Below are positions 23,832-37,396 of a DNA stretch of 64,000 nt, in pieces. The DNA is from Felis catus (lineage: Eukaryota), in NCBI RefSeq assembly GCF_018350175.1, contig NC_058377.1, positions 100,502,001 through 100,566,000 on the forward strand, given 5' to 3'. The stretch's first letter is position 1; each line of letters begins with the position of its first letter. The notes under the pieces were generated by a model that saw nothing but the letters and a program-made list of their open reading frames with translations, did not search any database and was not told where the DNA came from. The position numbers and the translations under genes are program-made.

Positions 23832-24402
23832 TTTTTTAAAGTTTTTATTTAAATTCCAGTTATTTAACATACAGCATGGTATTAGTTTCAGGTGGACAAT
23901 ATAGTGATTCAACACTTCCATACAGCACTCAGCGCTCATCACAACAAGTGCCCTCCTGAATCCCCATCACCTATTTTACCCATTGACATTCCCTCCACTG
24001 ACCTCCCCTCTAATAACCATCACTCTGTTCTCTATAGTTAAGAGTCTGTTTCTTTTTTTTTTCTTTTTCTTTTTTTTCTTCTGACTCTCTCTCTCTCTTT
24101 CCCCCCCATACTTGTTTGCTTTATTTCTTAAATTCTACATATGAGTGAAGTCATGGTATTTCTCTTTCTCTGACTGACCTATTTCACTTAGCATAATACT
24201 CTCTAGTTTCATTCATGTTTTTGCAAATGGCAAGATTTCATTCTTTTTGATGGCTGAATAATAGTCCGTTGTGTATGTGTACCAGATCTTCTTTACCCAT
24301 TCATCGGTCGATAGACAATTGGGTTGTTTCCATAGTTTGGTTATTGAAGATAATGCTGCTATAAAATTTGGGGTGCATGTATCCCTTTGAATTATTGTAT
24401 TC
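23832..24402 (-). mobile_element. Carnivore L1 3' end (L1_Carn-type)
   Basis: ttatttaaattccagttatttaacatacag...gtgccctcctgaatcccc...ttgcaaatggcaagatttcattctttttgatggctg. Confidence 0.85.
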
Positions 24403-24984
24403 TCTGTAATCAATGAACCTTAAAGCTTCATGATATAAACTTTGGCATGCAAGTAATCAAGGCACATCTGCTAATCTGCTCTGCCCACTATGAGCATCGA
24501 AATTCTATTGGCAGTCCTAACTTGAGAATCCATACTACTCCTTTACTAGGGAAGAACAAGTAGAGAATTAAAGAGGCTTCCTGCTGCAAAAGTGGGTTCT
24601 CTCTACCTCTATTAACTAGAGACAAGTCTAGTGAGTATTTCTAAATGCCTCTGATACTTTCTTTTATTCCATTGACACAATACAACTTTAAATGAAATAG
24701 TATCATCCATTTTTTTCCTTCAAGCTAGGCTCTACCTTTCTGTACTTCAATCTCAAAAAATATGTTGTATCTCTTGTGTATTTTGAAATATTTATTCCAT
24801 CTTGACAACATATATTATTTTACTTCTTTCCCTCTTAGGGTTATAGATTTCTCTTGTTGTAATTCCTATATACCAATCATACAAACTAGCAGAATATCTC
24901 AAGGCCTTTGTAACACTACATTTAAAAAATCTCACACATAATGCCTCCGTTATCTTAATAGTCAAAAAACAACAAGAAAAATTA

Positions 24985-25043
24985 TTATATATATATATAT
25001 AAATATATATATTATATATATATTTATATATATATATATATAT
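24985..25043. repeat. (AT)n imperfect microsatellite
   Basis: Direct reading. Confidence 0.9.
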
Positions 25044-25514
25044 TTGGCTTTGGTTCACTAACGTGGAACTTTTAAAAGTGAAACTAATGATAGAATTAAA
25101 AGAACTTCTTGACACACAAAGTTAATTCCTTTGCTCTGAAAGTGTTCAAGACAAAACAGGATATCCTATCTGAAATGTGCTATAGTCAGAATTACAAGTC
25201 ATAGAGAACAGGCTATACTTTATGGATGCGCACTGTTTGAACAGTTGTGATTGTGTCAATATCTTTCTTCTTACCAAACCAGAGTGCAGACTGAGATGTG
25301 GGGAATATTTCACAATTGCCAATGTTAGAACTGAGCTCTCAGGAAAAGAAAGAACCAGGATGGCAATATGAAAGAAGCTACTAGCTTGTGGGCAGAAGCA
25401 CTGAAAAAAGTAAGAAAATCAGATGGATTATATTAGAGAGCACTGGGGAAGTCGGAACATACACTATCAGCTTTGCTATCTGTACAGATTAAATAATCAA
25501 CCAAAACCCTCGAT

Positions 25515-26447
25515 TCATTTTTTGTTTTCTGAGGTAATTTTGAGATGCCATAGCTTTCTCATGGCATTTTTCACTTCTACATTTCTCAGTGTGTAGATGA
25601 GTGGGTTGAGAAATGGTGTCCCAATAGTATAAAATACGGCCACCAACTTATCCATGGGGAAAGTGGTTGGGGGGCGTGTATAAATAAATATACATGGACC
25701 AAAGAATAAGACTACTACAATGATGTGGGAAGTGCAAGTAGAGAGAGCTTTTTTCCTCCCTTCTGCGCTGTGGTTTCTCAGCGAATGCAAGATGACAATG
25801 TATGAGATCATCAGTATCACAAAACTGCTTGAGCAAATGGCCCCGCTGTTAGACACCAACAGCGTGTTGATCACGTAAGTGTCCATGCAAGCAAGTTTCA
25901 GCAAGGGCTGCAAATCACAGCAGTAATGATCAATCAAATTGGGTCCACAGAAAGGCAATCTCAACGCCAGGATAATCTGGGCTATAGAATGTATAAAAGA
26001 CCCAATCCATGCAAGAACAATCAGGATGGTGCAGACCTGCCGGCTCATGATGGTTGGGTAACGTAAGGGCTTACAGATGGCCACGTAGCGATCAACGGCC
26101 ATGAGGATGAGGACAAAGATCTCCATGCAGCCAAATAAATGTAGTGAAAAGACTTGAGTCATACACTCATTGTAAGAGATGATTTTTTTTGCAGAGAGTG
26201 CATCCACAATTAGTCTGGGGGCTGTAGAAGTTGAAAAACAGGAATCAGCAAGGGACAAATAAAATAGGAAAAAGTACATGGGGCTCTCAAGTGTCCGGCT
26301 GGACTTGATGGTCACAATAATAAGCAAATTCCCTACCACGGTTCCCACATAAAAAATGAAGAAGATTACAAATACCACTTTCTGTCTCATAGGATCTTGG
26401 GTCAATCCTAATAGTATAAACTCAGTTACGCTGTTATTTTGCTGCAT
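25515..26447 (-). CDS. OR4C11: Olfactory receptor 4C11 orthologue, intact, 310 aa
   Basis: [19 protein letters not shown]...[20 protein letters not shown]...[19 protein letters not shown]...RPPTTFPMDK matches recalled human OR4C11. The ATG is at 26447; the ORF-track start 26459 is a TTG. Confidence 0.93.
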   Translation of the reverse strand: MQQNNSVTEFILLGLTQDPMRQKVVFVIFFIFYVGTVVGNLLIIVTIKSSRTLESPMYFFLFYLSLADSCFSTSTAPRLIVDALSAKKIISYNECMTQVFSLHLFGCMEIFVLILMAVDRYVAICKPLRYPTIMSRQVCTILIVLAWIGSFIHSIAQIILALRLPFCGPNLIDHYCCDLQPLLKLACMDTYVINTLLVSNSGAICSSSFVILMISYIVILHSLRNHSAEGRKKALSTCTSHIIVVVLFFGPCIFIYTRPPTTFPMDKLVAVFYTIGTPFLNPLIYTLRNVEVKNAMRKLWHLKITSENKK

Positions 26448-26942
26448 AATTTCAGGCAAACTGGAGAAAGCGCAGTTTAGAAATGATCTGCAAAGAAAAA
26501 AGTATGAAATGAATTCTCCATTTGGAGGTCAAATCTATATGCTTGATCATGAAAGGTTCACTTACCAATGGGTAATCCCTCATTTTCTTTTGAATAAAGT
26601 GGAAATCACAATATTCACAATCTATTCACCTGACTGCTTATGGAAACGATGAAATATGTCGATAATGAAAGAGTACCTGATTCTTCAGGCATAATAAACA
26701 TTAATTTAGGGGATTTGTTATGAGAGGGTATCTTTTTGAACTGAATGTCTTTCTTTAGTTTACAACAAGGACCTATGAGAATAGAATGCTGCAAAATGGA
26801 GACAACTCATGCATGATTTACATGCTGTACTTTCCTATTACTTGAACCTGGTAGTTCAGTTATAAAGTCTCTTCTAGTAAACATTCTGAACATTGAAGGA
26901 ATGATGTAGAAACACTGAGAGTGTTTTCCTTAACAAAAACCT

Positions 26943-26944
<2 letters not shown>

Positions 26945-27020
<76 letters not shown>
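26945..27020. repeat. Compound (CA)n(GA)n microsatellite
   Basis: Direct reading. Confidence 0.95.
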
Positions 27021-27022
<2 letters not shown>

Positions 27023-27254
27023 TCTTAGCAGTGATCACTCAATCAATTGGTCCACTCAATTGTGAAACTTATTTTAATCTGTTACCTTGACTAAATTTAT
27101 TTCCTGTTACTTTACCTCTCAATAATTTCTAGTTGCTTACAGTTCTAAATTTGGTATCTATCATTAAACTTTGTACTTTTACAGTTATACTATAATTATA
27201 CTATATTATGTTGTCCCTTCATTCAGAATTTTTATGGGTCTTTTAGCATATATT

Positions 27255-27467
27255 CTTTTTTTAATTATTATTTTTTTAAGTTTTTTTTAAACTTATTTTG
27301 AGGTGGGGGGGGGCGGGCAAAGAGAAAGGGAGAGACAGAATCCCAAGCAGGCTCTGTGCTGTCAGTGCAGAGCAGGACGCAGGGCTCAAACTCACGAAGT
27401 GTGAAATCATGACCTGAGTCGAGATCAAGAGTCAGACACTTAACCAACTTAGCGACTCAGGCTGCCC
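27255..27467 (-). mobile_element. Can-SINE
   Basis: cagaatcccaagcaggctctgtgctgtcag...gatcaagagtcagacacttaacc. Confidence 0.9.
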
Positions 27468-27889
27468 AATTTTCTTGAGACACAGGAGAGATTGAGACTG
27501 AAATTAAGGATAAATAGAGAACATTTGGCATAAATCAAAATATTTTTTCAAATGTCATGTTATCTTAAGCACCAGGGATTTGGAAAATTAGCTAAGGAAG
27601 CTCCAAATCATAGTTGAAACTTTTCAAAAGAATTCTTGGAATCTATATTCTTGAGTGTCCCATAACCAGACTTCAGTAAGAGAAGATAGAGACAGGAAGG
27701 AAACAAATATTTCCTTATATATACCAAAAAATGGAAAAATCCTTTTCTATTCTCATCACTTATATCTTCCAAATAGCACAATTAAAAGGTAATTAGAAGG
27801 TGCCAAATCGTTTAAGTATATTTACAACATATATTCAGGACACAGCATAGTTTTCTCAAATATAAATGGGTTTCAGAGATCAATCTTTA

Positions 27890-28560
27890 AAAACACAGCA
27901 CAAATGAATAATGGGCAAAAGAACTGATTTCAAAAAGAACTCTTCTTATTAAAAACAATTAAGCATGGGAAAAGATACTCAATGTCACTCATAGTTAAAT
28001 ACATTCAAATTTAAATTCCAGTTATATATCTTTTCAACTATCAGATTAACAAAATGACCTTTTTGATAAATGTCTTTTAACAAACAGTGCTGAAAACGAT
28101 ATGGGAAACAATCAACCCCACACATTTTTGATAGGAGTTTAAGTGGGTGCAATCTCTCAGGGAGTGATTTTCAACATGGATGCTAATTTCAACTGCACCC
28201 ACATAGGTCTGGTGATTCTGTTTGCTGCAGATAATCTCACTCATGGGTACAAAGATAATCATAGCAGCCTTTTCCATGTTGGCAAACAGTGAGAAACAAC
28301 TTCAATGCCCCTCACAATGGAGCCAAATGAATCAGGGAATGGTATTTTATGCAATCGCTGATAAAAAATGAAATTGTCAACACAATATGCAATGATTTCT
28401 AAAATATTCTGTAAAGTAAAAGAGTTCAGGACTGTCTGCTGAGGACAGTAATATTTTTATTAACAATATCACACACGCATAGACTCATATCAACTGATTG
28501 TATTTGAGAGAGTACCAAAATAGCATAATATAGGTGGCCTCAGGGTGGGGAAATTGCATT
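27890..28560 (+). mobile_element. Ancient L1ME-type fragment
   Basis: Degenerate aatgggcaaaagaactg, aaaagatactcaatgtcactcatag, gggtgcaatctctcagggagtgatt. Confidence 0.5.
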
Positions 28561-28989
28561 CTTGGTAACACAGTTAGGGGGATGACCTTCCTTTTAAAAT
28601 ATTGTCTTTGGTGAGTGAGAATATGTTATAATCATGTTGCATTAAAAATAAAGCTTTTAAACACCTTAGTAGATGGTTTGTTATTCACATTGGCATATGA
28701 CTCATTCATAACACTGTCTTCTGATGTAGGCTGTGGGAACAGCAAGATTCTTAGAGCTAGAGTAAGATTGAGGAGTCTCAGTAAGAGGGTGATTCGGCTA
28801 TAGGGACAGTTTTGGACTTAAGGCTCTTTACCCCATCATGCACCACCACACTGCCATTCGCTACATGTGCTCCTGAAGTCTTAGGAGTTTGCCAGATATG
28901 CTCCTGGTCAAACACTTCAGCAAACAGTAATGAAAACTTGTTTGTGGTTTGTAATGATTAAGTATTATAAAAAAAACACCTATATATTA

Positions 28990-29235
28990 TCTATCTATCT
29001 ATCTATCTATCATCTATCTATCCATCCATCTATATCATCTATCATCTATCATCTATCTATATCTATATCTATCAATCATGTATCTATCTGTATATCATCT
29101 ACTTATTTATCATCTATCTATATCATCATCATCATCATCATCATCATCCATTATCTATCATCTATATATGTATATATCTATCATTATCCTCTATCATCTA
29201 TCTATCTATCATCTATCTATCATCTACCTGATAGA
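28990..29235. repeat. Long compound (TATC)n/(TCA)n microsatellite
   Basis: About 240 bp of tatc/catc/tca units. Confidence 0.95.
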
Positions 29236-29938
29236 GACTGAAACATTTGTATGGTTCACATAAAAATAGGTATAAGAGTGACTTACATTAGAATGAAGCA
29301 ACATAAGGTAGGTAATTTGTATCTGTTCGCTTCTGGATTTAAGCACCTAGAAAAAAATGTATCTAGTTAATATAAGTATTCTTTGAGTGAATGGAATAAT
29401 TAAGAGAATTTCCTACTGATACAACCCAATAGTGTTTGGTCCTATTCAATGCTCAGTTACCACTGAAAAGGGAAGCCTACTCCATCCAAAATAAAGCCAT
29501 CATCTCCATGGAGCATTTACTGGAACACTCAAAAAATGTTATTTCCAATTGACTATCTCTATGTCAGGAGCTGCTGTGCATTTATTTTATTTCCATCTTC
29601 TCAGTTTAGATTGTAAAGTACTTCCAGAAAATTCACCAAACTTTCCTTCCTTCCCACAAATGGCTTTTATGTGTTAGATGCATACTGTGGCATTGATCAG
29701 ATTAATTTTCCCTGAGTATTAAATACAACTAAGTTAATTCCCAACACAAATCTTACTGGTTTTGATAAAAGCTTATGTAAAGGTTAGGACGTTCAGTTGT
29801 TCTGTTTTCTTCACAAGGTAATTTGGCCACTCTTTACTCAAATGAGAATTAAAAAGAACAAAAAAAAATGTTTCTAAAGTTCTGTCTGATTATCTGGAAC
29901 CAGGATCTCTTCAATGTCACTAAGACTCAGGTTCTTAC

Positions 29939-30166
29939 CTGCATGCTAGAAGACAAAATCGGTCTCCGATTTATCCCACACTTTCTGAAATCCACGGTCA
30001 CACGGAATTTTGACTGGGAAATGCTTCTCTTTTCCTTTTCTTATGGTAGTATTTAAATATGAATGATGATAGAGTCTGGGGAAGGTCATTCCCTAAAGTG
30101 TCCCTTCCCTTTTAATTAAGAAGCATGAACTAGATGTGATAAAGAACTTAATAATTAATATAATTA
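29939..30166 (-). promoter_or_regulatory. Predicted promoter/first non-coding exon of OR4C11 (paralogous module)
   Basis: Consensus minus-strand donor CAG|GTAAGA at 29939/29938; module homology to 16484-16579; three TAATTA homeodomain sites at 30113, 30152 and 30161. Confidence 0.55.
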
Positions 30167-31039
30167 GATTATGAGAAAAAAGGTGATATATTCTTGCAGT
30201 TAAAGCTGTTTATTTGAATCATAAATGTCATCTTTTGACTGGAATAAGAAAAAAATATTATCTATAATCCCCAGTGTCCAAGACGTGGTTCCTGATTCCA
30301 TTATCCAAGAAAATGAATTGGGACTTCTTAAAGAAATGGCTGATTCTAGGTATGGGGTGGGGAATGCACAAGATGAACTGGAATACCTTGTAATGCTAGA
30401 AAGTAAGAAAGTGCTAATGCACACACACGTACACTCACGCTGTCATGACAATATGCCAAGGGGACACAGGAGCAAACTGAAATAGCCCCTAGTGACAAAA
30501 GCAGGAAAAAAAATTGAGCAACAAAATAAATGACACTGAATTGAAATATAACTCATAGTATTAAAAATTCATGAGTTCATATTGATGTAGCAATGAAATT
30601 AATAGCTAATAAATAGGGGGTAATAGACAAATCTCCCATAAAAAAGAATTCCTAATGATTATATAGGTACCCTGCACTCAAAGAGTCATAGGATAACTCT
30701 CAATCCTTCCAAAAGGCACATTGTGGAATGGGGCAGGGTGGGGAGGTAAATTTATAAGGAGAAGAAATGTGACAAACACAAGCTCAACTAGGTGATCAAG
30801 GTTAACATCAACAGTTATGAGTCCCATTGAAAGTATATACTCACTTGTATGAAGTGATGAACATGGCACTTTTCCTCTGTGACCTCTCTCCCCATAACCC
30901 ACAACACCAGTCTAATCTTGAGTAAAATATCAGACAAACCCCAAATGAAAGTTTTTATATAAAATGTCTGGCTAGTTCTCAAAACGTCAAGTTCATCCAA
31001 AAAAAAAAAAAAGAAAGAAAGAAAAGTTAAGTATGCACT

Positions 31040-31157
31040 TATTGTGATCAGCACTGAGGAAGGTGTAGAACTGTTGAATCGTTGTATTACACACCTGAAA
31101 CTAATATATAATAAAGTATGAAACTGTATGTTAGTTATACTTGAAATAAATAAATAA
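31040..31157 (+). mobile_element. Short 5'-truncated carnivore L1 3' stub
   Basis: gttgaatcgttgtattacacacctgaaactaatata...tatgttagttatacttgaaataaataaataa. Confidence 0.6.
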
Positions 31158-31280
31158 GAGAACAGTTGGAGGAACTGTCACTGTCTGGAAGTGCTGAAGA
31201 AGACATTGACAATGGAGTGTAAGGTGGCATGCTGGATGGGGTTCTGGACAAGAAAAATGGCATTAGTTAAAAACAAAGTA

Positions 31281-32139
31281 CAGTAAAACCTTGGATTGCG
31301 AGTAACTTGTTCTGTGAGTGTTCTGCAAGACAAGCAAATATTTCTAATAAAACTTTAACTTGATAAACGAGCGATGTCTTGCAATACAAGTACTACATCA
31401 TGCCTAACATCACATGATAACAACTGAGCCAATGGTTCTTCTCTCTCTCTCTCTGTCTCTCACTGTGGGATTGTGGGTGATCATCTCCTATGCTCAGATG
31501 CTTGGTCTCAGGCCATGGTATTTGGTAGAAATCAGTGATTTTTCAGGAGGTTGGAAGGTGCCCACAACTGGAACTAGTGTATTTTTTGTCACTTCAAAGA
31601 ATCTATGGACAGTCCTTTGCTCCTCCATACAAGAGTAAGCTGAGGAATCCTTTGTTTCCTTCTAGGTCAGGCTGCCTGCAGATACAGACCCTTTCCTCTG
31701 CTGTCTTTTTGACAGTTATAGCAAATACAGTATATGACAAGTGCTTATTAATATGTACTACAGTTAACATCCATGCTAGCAAAAGATGCAGAAGAAGATT
31801 CCATTGAGCCAATAGATAGCAGTGCTTTTGTTACTGATAGTGAAAGTCATCCCGTGTAATAATTCTCCACTCTCTTATTACCTTTACACCAGCCACGAAG
31901 ATTTTCAAAGAAGAGTGCAGGTTAATTTGTTTACGTTTCTTATATGTTGTATTTTCTTTATTATTTGGTACTATATTACAGTATCGTAATGATTTTTATA
32001 AGGATATTTTTTGGTTTGTGGAATGAATCGTCTGAGTTTCCATTATTTCTTACTGGGAAATTTGCTTTGATATACAAGTGCTTTGGGTTATAAGCATGTT
32101 CCTGGGAATGAATTATGCTCACAAGCCAAGGTTTTACTG
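31281..32139. mobile_element. TcMar-Tigger-type non-autonomous DNA transposon (859 bp)
   Basis: Terminal inverted repeats cagtaaaaccttgg...ccaaggttttactg (14 bp perfect, longer imperfect); TA on the left (31279-31280), TG on the right; inserted in an L1MC 3' UTR. Confidence 0.85.
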
Positions 32140-32369
32140 TGCCCTGAATAAAGTATGGATATTACTTAAAAATCATGTGTTCACATCAAGTGAATTAGTT
32201 GTGACAAATGTACCATAGTATGTAAGATGACAACAGGAGAAACTGAGCGCACGGTATATGGGAATTCTCTGTATCATTTCCACAATTCCCGTGTAAATGT
32301 AAACCTGTTATAAAATATAAAGTTTATTAAAAATAAACAGCTTATTTCATTTAAAACATCATCAAAGTT

Positions 32370-33725
32370 TATCTGTGTTTTAGCATGGCTCAGAAATTTC
32401 TTCCTTTTCAATGCTGGGTAACATTCCATTGGATGTATGCCACATTTTATTTATTCATACGTTGATGGACACTTGGGCTGCTTCCGTGTTTTGGCTATCA
32501 TGAATAATGCTGCAATGGACATGAGTGTACAAATATCTCTTCCAGTCCCCACTTTCAATTCTTCTGCTATAACCCAGAAGTAGAAATCCTGGATCACATG
32601 GTCAGTCTATTTTTAACTTTCTGAAGAAAGTCATAGTGTGATTCACAGTGGCTGCACCATTTTTATATCCATTTTTTTTGTTTTTTAAATTTGTTTAATG
32701 TTTATGTATTTTTGAGAGAGACAGAGACACAATGCGAGTGGGGTAGGGGCAGAGACAGAGGGATCCAAAGCAGAATCCGAAGCAGGCTCCAGGCTCCGAG
32801 CTGTCAGCACAGAGCCCAATGTGGGGCTCGAACTCACGAGCTGTGAGATCATGTCCTGAGCCGAAATCGGACGCTCAACTGACTGAGCCACCCAGGCGCC
32901 CCACAATTTTTATATTCTTATGAACAGTGTGTACACAAGTGTTTACTGATGCTGAGTATCTTTTCATGTGCTCTTTACCCATTTGCATACAGGTATGTTT
33001 TGAGAAATATTTATTCAAGTCCTTTGTTGATACTGAGGTGTCAGAATTCCACGAGTTGCCGTTTTACTCTGTTGATATTGACCTTTGATATGTAGAAATG
33101 TTTAATTTTGAGGCAGTTTAATTAATTAATTGATTTCTTCTGGGCCTGTGTTTTGGTGTCACATTCAAGAACTTAATGTGTAAGCTAATGTCCTGAAGCT
33201 TTTTTTTTCATTTATATTTTCTTCTAAAAATTTTATAGTTTTAGCTCTTATATTTAGGTCTTGATCCATTTTGAGTTTATTTTGCATATGGTATATGTTA
33301 AAGGTCAACCTTCATTCTTTTCCACATGAATATCTAGTTTTTCCAAAACCGTTTGTTGAAAAAACTCTTTTTCCCCTTGGATGATCTTGGCACCCTTGTC
33401 TTTTCACCATATTTATGATGGTATGTTTCTGGGCTCTCAAATCGATTCCATTTGTCTATGTGCCTGTCTTTATGCCAGTACCACACTGTTTTGATTATTA
33501 TAGCTTTATAATAAGCTTTAAAATCAGGAGATGTGAGACATACAGCTTTCTCTTTTCAAGAATTTTTTTAAGCTAAAGATCACTTGAGGTTCCATATGAA
33601 CCTTTCAACTGAATTTTCTCTACCTGTAAAATTATCATTGAGGTTTTATAGGGGTTATATTAAATATGTATTGTTTTAGATATTATCGACATCTAAACAC
33701 TTATTGAATCTCCTGATCCATGAAA
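32370..33725 (-). mobile_element. L1MB-type ORF2 3' region split by a SINE
   Basis: gttgatggacacttgggctgcttcc, tttatgccagtaccacactgttttgattattatagcttt. Confidence 0.8.
32672..32902 (-). mobile_element. Can-SINE inserted in L1
   Basis: TSD cac(c/a)atttttatat. Confidence 0.95.
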
Positions 33726-33744
33726 AAATGTGGTATCTTTCAGA

Positions 33745-33745
33745 G

Positions 33746-33789
<44 letters not shown>

Positions 33790-34261
33790 TGTGAAGAGAT
33801 TTATTATCAAGAATTGGCTTTTGTGTATATGGAGGCTGGAAAGTGCAAAAGCTGTACAGCCAATGTCCCATTCTGAGCCTAAAGACCAGAAACTGCTATA
33901 AACCAGTAAGAACTGATGTCCCAGTTAGGGTCTGGAGGCAGAAGGCTGCTGTAGACTGAGGAAGAGTAATGTGTCAGTGTGCCAGCCATCAGACAGGAAG
34001 AGATAATGGTTCAGTTCAAAGGCTCATGGGCAGGAAACTTCCCTCTTACTCAGGGGAGATCAGCCATTTGTAATTTTCAGGTCTTCATTTGGTTGGATGA
34101 GGACCCTACATCAGTGGGAGCAATCTGCTTTATTCAGTCTACAAATTCAAGTGTTAATCCCAGCCAGAAAAACCTCATACTCATGACACAAAGCAATAGT
34201 CAAAAAAATATTTGTGCACCCTGTGGCCCAGGCAAGTTAACGTATAAAATTAGCCAACACA
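33745..34261 (-). mobile_element. MLT2 (ERVL) LTR, 3' LTR of the adjacent provirus, with an internal (CA)n
   Basis: Ends caagttaacgtataaaattagccaacaca, the reverse complement of the MLT2-type start TGTGATGGTTAATTTTATGTGTCAACTTG; directly abuts ERVL internal sequence. Confidence 0.8.
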
Positions 34262-36543
34262 AGTCCATTGTTTATCAACCTAGCACCTATACATAATACC
34301 TTAAGCCATACTTAATCTCTAAATAAAGACAACACAAGGTCACAATTCCACCTAACATTATACAACTGTCCTGCATACAACTGAAAATGCACTAAACTCT
34401 CCACAAGAAGGGAAGGTAAAGTTTTGGGGTGATTATTTTCTTCTTGATATTCAGTAAGTTAAATACTGTGATAGAAACTAAGAAATACAAAAATGGCATT
34501 ATAGAAAGGAAGCAAAATTTTTGCTAGTGAATCACTAAGGATAACAATGTGTGGTGCCTCTCCCATTTTTATCCTTTGATTACAGGACCTGGCTATGGGA
34601 GGAACAGCAGCATATAATGGGTGCTGATTCAGAACACACACGGCCTTCCAGAGAACTGAAGACTCTTGCTCCATCCCTGCAAGGTATTGCCACCCAGCTG
34701 GTACTATAACTAATTCTGTAAAGGGTCATCCCACCATTTTATCAGGACAATTGCCTCAAGATAATGGCAAATATGGCAAGACCAGTGAATTCCATGAACG
34801 TGAGTCCATTGTGACACTTCATTTGCTGTGAAGTGAAATCACTGATAAGAAGCAATGCTGTATCTAAAACTATGATGGTGGATAAAAAATTCTTTAAGTG
34901 CATGGATGGTAGTTGTGGCAGAAGCATTGCATGCAGGGAAGGCAAATACATATCCAAACAAGTGCCTATCCCAGTAAGAACAAATTATTACCCTTCCATG
35001 ATGGAAGCAATCCAGTGTAATCAACCTGAAACCAGGCTGATCATGCTGGGTAATGGTGCCATATTGAAGACTCAATGTTGTTTCTGTTGCTGGTGGACAC
35101 TTATCAGTGGTCATGGCTAGGCTAACTTTGGTGGGTGGAAGTCTATATTGTTGAGCTCATATATAACCTCCATCCCTGCCACCATGGCCACTTTGTTCAT
35201 GAGCCCATTGGGAGATGATGGGAGTGGCTGGGGAAAAAGGCTGACTGGTATCCACAAAATGGGTCATCCTATCCATTTGATTATTAAAAATCCTCCCTTG
35301 CTGGTCAGTGTTTGGTGAGCATTCACAAGGGACATAAATATCTTCATGTGTTTTTACTCATTCATAATGGTATGTAAACATGCCTCTTCCTCAAATTTTC
35401 TTGTTACCAATTTTCCAATAATGTTTCTTATAAGTCCCTGCCCATTTAGCCAAACCATTGGCCAAAACCCATAAAGAAGTATACATTGCACATCTGACCA
35501 TTTCTCCTTCCATGAAAGTGAAGAACCAGGTACACTGCTTGAAATTCTACTCACTGAAAGAATTTCCCTATGCCATTGACCTTTAGGGATTTTCCATAAT
35601 GGGGCTGTAGTGCTGCATCTATTCACTTTTGAGCTGTGCCCACATATTGCTGCAGAATTATCTGTATAACAGCCCAAGTCGAATTATCTAATAGCCCAAT
35701 TATCTGTGTAAGGCCCAAGTCTTTTTTCCTTCTGTCAATTGATCACAGTGAACTCCCTGCCCCCCCCCCCCCCCATAAGGCCTTGGGTGTAGGCTGGGAG
35801 AGAGAAGGCATTGTAGCAAAAGTGGGGACCGTAACATTTGGCCATTTTTTTCATGTAATTTTACCTTCGGTTCCTGCTTGGGTCAGATCACATATACAGC
35901 AGTCTCTTTANNNNNNNNNNNNNNNNNNNNNNNNNNNNNNNNNNNNNNNNNNNNNNNNNNNNNNNNNNNNNNNNNNNNNNNNNNNNNNNNNNNNNNNNNN
36001 NNNNNNNNNNNNNNNNNNNNNNNNNNNNNNNNNNNNNNNNNNNNNNNNNNNNNNNNNAAATAGGTCTGCTTATTCCTTTTATCCAGTGCACAATTAGGTT
36101 AATAAAAGACCATAGGCCCCTATTGGAGAAGACTGAGGGAAGGATTAATATATACATTTTTGGCAAAAAAAGTGTATACACACACACACACACACACACA
36201 TTTTTGGCAATGTCCTGGGGTTCTTCTGCAAGGGATCCAATCTCCCCTTGATTCAAGGAATTTTGAGTCTATAAACTGATTCCGGTCTGGAAATTGATTG
36301 CCAGACCATGAATCTCTTCTGTATGATTAAGTTACACTTTTGTTTACTTAACCTAGAACTTTTTTTGCTAACACGGATCAAGTAAGACTTGAATAGGCTT
36401 CCTCTCGATTTCGCTTCTAGGAACACCATCATGAACTAGTGAACACTTCAAGTTGGCTTGTATTAATTATTCTGACTGCTATTTTGATTCCGCTGTCGTT
36501 TATGGGGAGCACATCCACCTTGCCTTTAAGGAGGCTGAGTATT

Positions 36544-36731
36544 GGGGCACCTGGATGGTTCAGTCAGTTAAGCATCCAAGTTTTGATCTTGGCTCACGTC
36601 ATGACCTCACAGTTCGTGAGTTCGAGCCCCGTATTGGGCTCTGTGCTGGCAGCATGGAGCGTGTTTGAGATTCGGTCTCTCCCTGTCTCTGCTCCTCTCT
36701 CTCTCATGCTCTCTCTGTGTCTCTCTTGGAA

Positions 36732-36762
<31 letters not shown>

Positions 36763-36790
36763 ATTTTAAACATTAAAAAAAAAAATAAAA
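36544..36790 (+). mobile_element. Can-SINE inserted in ERVL gag, (TAAA)n tail
   Basis: ggggcacctggatggttcagtcagttaagc... Confidence 0.92.
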
Positions 36791-37054
36791 ATGTTGAGTG
36801 TTACCACTTGGCCACTGTTACCTGGGATCACATAACTCCCACTGCACTGGGATTTCCCAGTTCAGTGACCCTAGCTCCCACGAGAGTTTTGGCCTACAGA
36901 AAGCAGTGTTGCAGAGCTTTTCAAGGGTGCTGGGACTAACCCGACAAATTTATTTCTTATGGTCATGATCAAAGATGTATCTTCTGGACACTCCCAGGAT
37001 GGTTAAGTATCTTAAATGACAAATCCATTCTAACACTACAATTTCCCTATACCT

Positions 37055-37243
37055 TTATTTTATTTTGAGAGAGAAAGAGAGCATGGGGTGGGGCAGAGAG
37101 AATGGGAGAGAGAGAATCCCAAGTAGGGTCTGCACAGTCAGCTCAAAGCCCCACTTGGGGCTCGATTTCATGAAACGCGAGATCATGACCTAAACCGATA
37201 TCAAAAGTCAGACCCTTAACTGACTGAGCCACCCAGACGCCCC
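37055..37243 (-). mobile_element. Can-SINE inserted in ERVL gag
   Basis: TSD tatacctt. Confidence 0.92.
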
Positions 37244-37396
37244 TTTTTTATACCTTTAAATCTCTCCCTCCACATTAAACCAAAGCAGGTGTGGGTTTCT
37301 AATTTGCTTACCTTTGGTTCATGTTTTAGCTAACAAGCTGAAAAGCTGTTAGCTTTTCTTCAGTCCCCCAGCTGAAACATTAAATGAAGAATCTCA

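Larger units (their letters stand above)
30420..32340 (+). mobile_element. L1MC-type 3' UTR hosting a Tigger MITE and a short L1 stub
   Basis: gggacacaggagcaaactgaaatagcccc, gtgatcaaggttaacatcaacag, gacaaatgtaccatagtatgtaagatg...ggtatatgggaattctctgta. Confidence 0.75.

Noticed and set aside
28930-29263. ORFs rich in I/Y/L/S/H
   Set aside because: Translations of the (TATC)n/(TCA)n microsatellite.
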